This document shows, piece by piece, positions 43,089 through 47,280 of a stretch of DNA of 47,280 bases; position 1 is the stretch's first letter; every line of letters starts with the position of its first letter. This stretch comes from a bacterium (GTDB lineage: Bacteria; Oederibacteriota; Muellerivitia; Muellerivitales; Muellerivitaceae), in NCBI GenBank assembly GCA_035524855.1, contig DATKOC010000184.1:1-47280 (forward strand), in the 5' to 3' direction. A program made the translations under genes and the position numbers. The notes under the pieces were generated by a model that was not told the origin of the DNA, did not search any database, and saw nothing but the letters and a program-made list of their open reading frames with translations.

Positions 43089-44486
43089 TCAGTTTCCCGG
43101 CTGGGGATCATAGTTAGGGTCATGCACCGGGTCGTAGGGGTCGGATGCGTCACCGAAGCTCAGCGGATTTCCCTGGTTGTCAAAGAAGTCGAAGGTTCCA
43201 TCGCTGAGCGTCAGCATGATCTCCAGTGGCTGGCCGTCGTTGGTATTGGAAAACTTCACTCCCGTCACCTGGGAAGCCAGGTAAAGGGGGTTGAATGAAG
43301 CCGGGATGGCCGTGTCGAAAAGGAAAGCGTCGCCGCTGTCCCCCATGATCTTGACCATGCGGGTCCCGTCGGGACTGGAATAGACCGTATCATTACCCGT
43401 CTGGACGGTCGTTACCACCGCGTCCTTGGCCGAATCGCACGGGATATATTGGGCGTTGTTGTAGAGGTACAGGTCGGCCACATGGTAGGGGTCCTGCCAC
43501 CACCAAAAACCGTTATCCCAAAAACACCAGCGGGCTTTGTCCTGGTCATAAAACCACCACCGGTGGTTGTAATAACGGGTCCAGAAAAAGCCGTCCGACA
43601 AGTACCAGCCGTACCAGTGATAGCCCCATTGGTCGGTGTAATGGCAATAGTTGTAGCCGTGGTCCGAATCCTGGTGCCAGTAGTAATGGTTAACCTTGTT
43701 TTCCGAATGGTTCAAGGTTTTAACTTGGTCCATAAAACCGCTGTCGCGCAAGAATTTCATGTGATCCCGGACCGTCGGCTGGTTGAAGTCCCGTGCCGGG
43801 ATGGCCGAGACCCGCAAAGGCGCCTGGTCCGGACCCTTCTTGGGATAGGTCATCTCCGAATGGCGTTTGTCCGCGTCCAGGATGTGGGAACGGTCGGAGA
43901 TGTATTGGGGAATCTGGCTTACCCCCAGTTTTTGGAGCTTTTTGCGGACATAACCTTGGGTGAAGGGATGGTGGTGGTGGACTACGTTTCCAGACGAGGG
44001 GGAAGCGGCGATGAATTGGTTGGGATTCACTTGATGGTCTTGGAAGGTCCCGGAATTCGATTGGAAATGGGAGTGCCGCGCTTCGCCGTTGCTGAAATGG
44101 TCCGGGTTCACCTGTTGGGCCTGGAAAGTCCCCGAGTTGCCCTGGACTGGCGCCACAGGGGGCCGGACATACTGATTTTGACGGGCGGGACGGGCATTTT
44201 CCGATTCCACGGGATTATTGTGGAATAGGGGCCTGCTTAAGTTGATCTGGGCGGGTGGGGCTACGGCTCCACCGCCGTTATTCCTTACCGGCGCGGAGAT
44301 GGGGGCGGGGTTATTCACCCGGTTGGTCCTAACGGCTCCCGCGTGGGCGTTCTGTGTTGTTTTTGCCTGATCGGTGGCCAGGGATTCCGCGTTATTTTTC
44401 GCGCGGCCCCCGTTTTCGCCCTGGGCGAAAGCCGGCAGAACTTGCGCCAAAGCGAGGGCCAGGCTGATGGAGAGAATGGTTTTCAT
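43089..44486 (-). CDS. Secreted protein with Trp/Tyr-dense central block
   Basis: 465 aa from the ATG at 44486 (MKTILSISLALALAQVLPAFAQ). It has a duplicated NSGTFQxxQVNPxxF motif and a block YYWHQDSDHGYNYCHYTDQWGYHWYGWYLSDGFFWTRYYNHRWWFYDQDKARWCFWDNGFWWWQDPYH. Confidence 0.6.
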   Translation of the reverse strand: MKTILSISLALALAQVLPAFAQGENGGRAKNNAESLATDQAKTTQNAHAGAVRTNRVNNPAPISAPVRNNGGGAVAPPAQINLSRPLFHNNPVESENARPARQNQYVRPPVAPVQGNSGTFQAQQVNPDHFSNGEARHSHFQSNSGTFQDHQVNPNQFIAASPSSGNVVHHHHPFTQGYVRKKLQKLGVSQIPQYISDRSHILDADKRHSEMTYPKKGPDQAPLRVSAIPARDFNQPTVRDHMKFLRDSGFMDQVKTLNHSENKVNHYYWHQDSDHGYNYCHYTDQWGYHWYGWYLSDGFFWTRYYNHRWWFYDQDKARWCFWDNGFWWWQDPYHVADLYLYNNAQYIPCDSAKDAVVTTVQTGNDTVYSSPDGTRMVKIMGDSGDAFLFDTAIPASFNPLYLASQVTGVKFSNTNDGQPLEIMLTLSDGTFDFFDNQGNPLSFGDASDPYDPVHDPNYDPQPGN

Positions 44487-44686
44487 GGTATTGTCCTTTC
44501 GGTAAATGGAGGGTGTCCAAACTTCATTCCTTTTATCCCCACCCTTTAGACGAAGAGCGAAGTCCAGCGGGTTCATCAATATAGCCTTATAAAACCCCGG
44601 CCACTATGCGGAAACTCAGAAGCGGGGATAATCCTTAACTTTTCCATTAAAAAACCTTATCTTGTGCCACGAAAGAGGTCACTTCC

Positions 44687-45520
44687 ATGGCTCGCCCCCC
44701 TCATGAACCCAAAGAATATACCCAACAAGATTCCCTCATGCCCGTGGGGTTCGTCGGCCACGGGGCACCCACGCTGGGGCTGGAGAAAAGCGGGGCCACG
44801 GTGGAGGCCTGGCGCGAATGGGGGAAGTCCCTTCCGCGACCCAGGGCGATTCTGGTCGTCTCGGCCCATTGGCTGCAAAAACCCCCCCACCTAGGTCCCA
44901 TCAACGCGGTGCCCTTGACCTATGACTTCATGGGTTTCCCCGACGAGCTTTACCAGGTCGAATATCCCGCGCCCCCCGCGCCGATTTTGTCCAAGGAAGT
45001 CATGCACCTCCTCACCAAGGTGGGGATCAAGCCCGGGACCAGCTCGGACCGGGGACTGGATCACGGCGCCTGGGTGCCCCTGATGCACATGTTCCCCAAG
45101 GCCGATATTCCGGTCCTGCAGATTTCCATCGGCACCAATGTGCCCATGGGGGAGCACCTCAACCTGGGGCGCCTGCTCACCCCCCTGCGCTCCAAGGGTG
45201 TGTTCATCTTGGCCAGCGGCAACATCACCCATAACCTGAGGGTGGTGAATTTCGCCGACCGGTACGGGGAGCCCGAAACCTGGGCCAAGGCCTTCGACCG
45301 ATGGTGTGAGGGGATCCTGGACCGGTTCGAGCTGGACAGCCTGGCCGACTACCAGAAGCTGGCGCCGGATGCCCGGATGGCCCATCCCACCGACGACCAC
45401 TTCACGCCGCTCCTGGTGGCGGCCGCGGCGGCGGGGAAGGAAGGGAAGCCCCAAATCCGCTACCCCCACACGGGCTTCGAGTATGGGACGCTTTCCATGC
45501 GCTGCGTGGAATTTAGTTAA
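44687..45520 (+). CDS. Class III extradiol ring-cleavage dioxygenase (LigB/YgiD, 4,5-DOPA dioxygenase-like)
   Basis: 277 aa. The pattern is FVGHGAP...ILVVSAHW...YDFxGFP..LY...DHGAWVPL...ASGNITHNL...HPTDDHFTPLL. Confidence 0.88.
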   Translation: MARPPHEPKEYTQQDSLMPVGFVGHGAPTLGLEKSGATVEAWREWGKSLPRPRAILVVSAHWLQKPPHLGPINAVPLTYDFMGFPDELYQVEYPAPPAPILSKEVMHLLTKVGIKPGTSSDRGLDHGAWVPLMHMFPKADIPVLQISIGTNVPMGEHLNLGRLLTPLRSKGVFILASGNITHNLRVVNFADRYGEPETWAKAFDRWCEGILDRFELDSLADYQKLAPDARMAHPTDDHFTPLLVAAAAAGKEGKPQIRYPHTGFEYGTLSMRCVEFS

Positions 45521-45540
45521 GAAAAAAGGTTTTCACCACA

Positions 45541-45557
45541 GGCCGCCTTCGGCGGCC
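45541..45557 (+). terminator. GC hairpin with TTCG tetraloop after the dioxygenase gene
   Basis: GGCCGCC-TTCG-GGCGGCC lies 20 nt after the stop. No U-run follows, so terminator activity is uncertain. Confidence 0.4.
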
Positions 45558-45565
45558 ACGGAGGG

Positions 45566-45634
45566 CACAGAGTTAAAGCTTCGATTTAAATTAAAACCTA
45601 ATGTTTTCACTCTGTGTACTTTGTGAACTCTGTG
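45566..45634. repeat. Low-GC inverted-repeat element (CACAGAGT ... ACTCTGTG x2)
   Basis: CACAGAGT at 45566..45573 faces ACTCTGTG at 45609..45616 and again at 45627..45634, around an AT-rich core. Translating this element produces the spurious Cys-rich leader MFSLCVLCELCG of the track ORF starting at 45601. Confidence 0.4.
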
Positions 45635-45684
45635 GTTCAAAATGTCTTTGTTTTTGTAGACTCTTAGGTAAAAAGGAGAGCGCC

Positions 45685-46122
45685 ATGCCCAAGATCACGC
45701 CGTTTTTATGGTTCAACGGGAAGGCTCAGGAAGCCGCGAAGTTCTATGTCTCGATCTTTAAGAAAAAATCCAAGGTCCTCGAGCTGACCCCCATGTCGGC
45801 GATCTTCCGCCTGGCGGGGCAGGACTTCTACGCCCTGAACGGCGGGCCGCAGTTCAAATTCACCCCCGCCATCTCGATGTTCGTGTCCTGCAAGACCCAA
45901 AAGGAAGTGGATTATTACTGGAAAAAGCTCTGCGCGGGCGGAAGGCCGTCCCGCTGCGGCTGGTTGACGGACAAGTATGGTTTATCGTGGCAGATCATAC
46001 CGGACATCCTGAACAAGTACCTGAACGATAGGGATAAGAAGAAAGCCAACCGGGTGATGCAGGCCATGCTTCAAATGGGGAAGATTGATGTCCAGAAGTT
46101 GAAGGACGCTTACCGGCAGTAA
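45685..46122 (+). CDS. PhnB-like glyoxalase-fold protein (3-demethylubiquinone-9 3-methyltransferase-domain family)
   Basis: 145 aa from the ATG at 45685, with AAAGGAGAG upstream. The N-terminus MPKITPFLWFNGKAQEAAKFYVSIF and the motif CGWLTDKYGLSWQI are typical of this family. Confidence 0.8.
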   Translation: MPKITPFLWFNGKAQEAAKFYVSIFKKKSKVLELTPMSAIFRLAGQDFYALNGGPQFKFTPAISMFVSCKTQKEVDYYWKKLCAGGRPSRCGWLTDKYGLSWQIIPDILNKYLNDRDKKKANRVMQAMLQMGKIDVQKLKDAYRQ

Positions 46123-46194
46123 GGGTGGCGCAATCCCGTTTTTCCGGTGGCGTCGCACCGTTAAGGACGGCTCCGGGCAGGAAGAACTTGTCCG

Positions 46195-46521
46195 CTAAAT
46201 TTTGTGGGTCCCCTCGACCAGTCTTTTCTCGCGGTCCTCAGTCCGCCGCCGGAGCCATTTGAGGGCGTCCTCCAACTCGCTGATGGCCAAAACATTCTCG
46301 GGGCAGTTGAATTTCGAGCTCTGGTAATACTTCAGGCGGTTCAAGCAGGCTTCCAAGACATCCTCGACATAAGCGCCGGTTTGGACCTTCCGGTCACCGT
46401 CCTGGCCCAGGGGGCCGTCCTGCCAGGCGATGGCAATGCCGATTCCGCGGACAAATCCCCCTGTGGGAATTCCCTCATCATCCAACCTGTTTTGGATATC
46501 TAATTTTTGAAGTGGCGGCAT
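46195..46521 (-). CDS. Hypothetical small protein
   Basis: 108 aa with ordinary composition and a helical C-terminus (CPENVLAISELEDALKWLRRRTEDREKRLVEGT). I cannot assign a family with confidence. Confidence 0.5.
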   Translation of the reverse strand: MPPLQKLDIQNRLDDEGIPTGGFVRGIGIAIAWQDGPLGQDGDRKVQTGAYVEDVLEACLNRLKYYQSSKFNCPENVLAISELEDALKWLRRRTEDREKRLVEGTHKI

Positions 46522-46552
46522 TTGATTTCTCGGGGACTGGGAGGTTTAGCGG

Positions 46553-46756
46553 CTACCTCGGTCCCGGCCAGCAGGGGTGTTCTTGCGGCCCGTCTTGGGC
46601 GGCGCCAACGAGGCGGGTCAGCAGGGTTGGCCCTATCCATTCCACGGGAATGGATAGCACCTGGGGTGAAAGCCCCGAGAAGGCTAGGTTATAAGCGAAG
46701 AGGATTGGGCGGGACACCTTGGTGGGCCCGGCTTCCAGCTGAAAAGACTTAGGCAT
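46553..46756 (-). CDS. Hypothetical small ORF overlapping the upstream 49-aa gene by 8 nt
   Basis: 67 aa with an ATG at 46756, inside the end of the upstream ORF. No motif was recognised and coding status is uncertain. Confidence 0.25.
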   Translation of the reverse strand: MPKSFQLEAGPTKVSRPILFAYNLAFSGLSPQVLSIPVEWIGPTLLTRLVGAAQDGPQEHPCWPGPR

Positions 46757-46898
46757 GGGCTGGCTTGTGCTTGGTGGCGGCGATTTTCGCCATAGCTTCC
46801 ACCAACGCCGAACCAGTCAAATGGCGGGTTTGCTTGCGCTCGATCCGCTTCACCGAAAATTCCGTCTTGGCCTTCTTACGGCCCTTTAGCTTGGTCAT
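46749..46898 (-). CDS. Small basic protein (49 aa)
   Basis: Absent from the track because it is shorter than 60 aa. The ATG at 46898 has AAGGAG 6 nt upstream. Hand translation gives MTKLKGRKKAKTEFSVKRIERKQTRHLTGSALVEAMAKIAATKHKPAHA. Confidence 0.45.
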   Translation of the reverse strand: MTKLKGRKKAKTEFSVKRIERKQTRHLTGSALVEAMAKIAATKHKPAHA

Positions 46899-47094
46899 GT
46901 CCCGCTCCTTGGTTGAATGGGTGATATGACCAGCCTAGGGCCTTATGGGTCCAATAGATACACCGCCAGCGAATATAGTTGAGGGAAAGGCGGGTTTTCG
47001 TTGAGGCCGGACCGTTTGAAGAGAGTTTAGCGAGTCAGGAGCCAGCCAAGTATCGCCGCGAAGACTCCCACGGTCACGCCCAGGCCCCTCACTC

Positions 47095-47280
47095 TTAATT
47101 CACGTGGTTGCCCTTGTCCTTGGTCAAGATCCTGCCCAACTCGGGGATGCTTTGGATCAAGGTATTTTTCTCCTCCTCGGGCAGGGAAAAGTAGCTGTCC
47201 TTCGCGTGGGCGATGGAGACGAACCAGGGCTCCTCATTTTCCGTCAACAGGCAAAGGTCCTCCGGGTAGTTGGGTTGCAG
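47095..47280 (-). CDS. 3' end of a gene entering from beyond the window end
   Basis: Hand translation of the minus strand is open from 47280 to a TAA at 47097..47095: ...LQPNYPEDLCLLTENEEPWFVSIAHAKDSYFSLPEEEKNTLIQSIPELGRILTKDKGNHVN. The function is unknown. Confidence 0.35.
   Translation of the reverse strand: MQPNYPEDLCLLTENEEPWFVSIAHAKDSYFSLPEEEKNTLIQSIPELGRILTKDKGNHVN

Noticed and set aside
45601-45684. Cys-rich N-terminal extension MFSLCVLCELCGSKCLCFCRLLGKKESA of the PhnB-like ORF (possible metal-binding leader or RiPP-like peptide)
   Set aside because: It is the translation of the CACAGAG/CTCTGTG repeat patch. The family-typical N-terminus MPKITPFLWF starts at 45685 with its own strong SD.
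1-47280. Scan for tRNA, rRNA, tmRNA, CRISPR arrays, transposases and integrases
   Set aside because: By eye I saw no T-loop (GGTTCGAAT-type) or cloverleaf candidates, no rRNA-like stretches, no regular repeat-spacer arrays, and no DDE or tyrosine/serine recombinase-like ORFs. A tRNAscan/Infernal run would be needed to exclude small RNAs formally.

Overview
A 47.3 kb chromosomal segment of about 60% GC from a diderm (Gram-negative-type) bacterium. This is shown by TonB/ExbBD, a TonB-dependent receptor, a TolC-like protein, RND pumps and beta-barrel proteins. I saw no rRNA, tRNA, CRISPR array, transposase, integrase or phage structural genes. Reading left to right: (1) 1-6.4 kb, a minus-strand TonB-dependent uptake locus (receptor, exbB, exbD, start of a tonB-like gene) preceded by a lipoprotein, a DUF3299-like gene and two paralogous small His-run/CxxC membrane proteins. 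(2) 6.8-10.5 kb, an orphan ExeA-like ATPase, a YceI-like secreted protein and a beta-lactamase-fold protein whose SxxK serine is replaced by Phe. (3) 10.9-17.3 kb, a TatT-associated TRAP transporter (TatT, DctP-type binding protein, fused DctQM) directly followed on the same strand by NAD-salvage genes pncB and pncA. I rate this the most interesting functional association in the window. (4) 18.3-27 kb, TetR, a TolC-like protein and two tandem RND permeases, with no periplasmic adaptor gene. (5) 27-31.3 kb, two tandem paralogous fusion proteins, each a polytopic ArnT/PMT-like membrane domain with a C-terminal PA14 domain. (6) 31.4-33.7 kb, a divergently transcribed three-gene Mrp-like (B/C/D-type) module. 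(7) 33.8-39 kb, PilZ, PII (with Phe at position 51), GlnE, a STAS protein and an exported MsrA. (8) 39.2-44.5 kb, a block of exported proteins of unknown function: a TPR plus beta-barrel protein, a cupredoxin-like lipoprotein with a Thr/Pro linker, a CGCGC-cluster membrane protein and a Trp/Tyr-dense secreted protein. (9) 44.7-47.3 kb, a LigB-type extradiol dioxygenase, a PhnB-like glyoxalase-fold protein and a string of small overlapping ORFs. Two non-coding repeat families stand out. One is an ~82-nt element present about 90 nt upstream of two minus-strand operons. The other is a ~100-nt nested palindromic element present in opposite orientations between tolC-like/RND1 and glnB/glnE, with conserved flanks and different stem sequences. 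All functional calls rest on motif recognition in the supplied translations plus gene context. No database search was possible.
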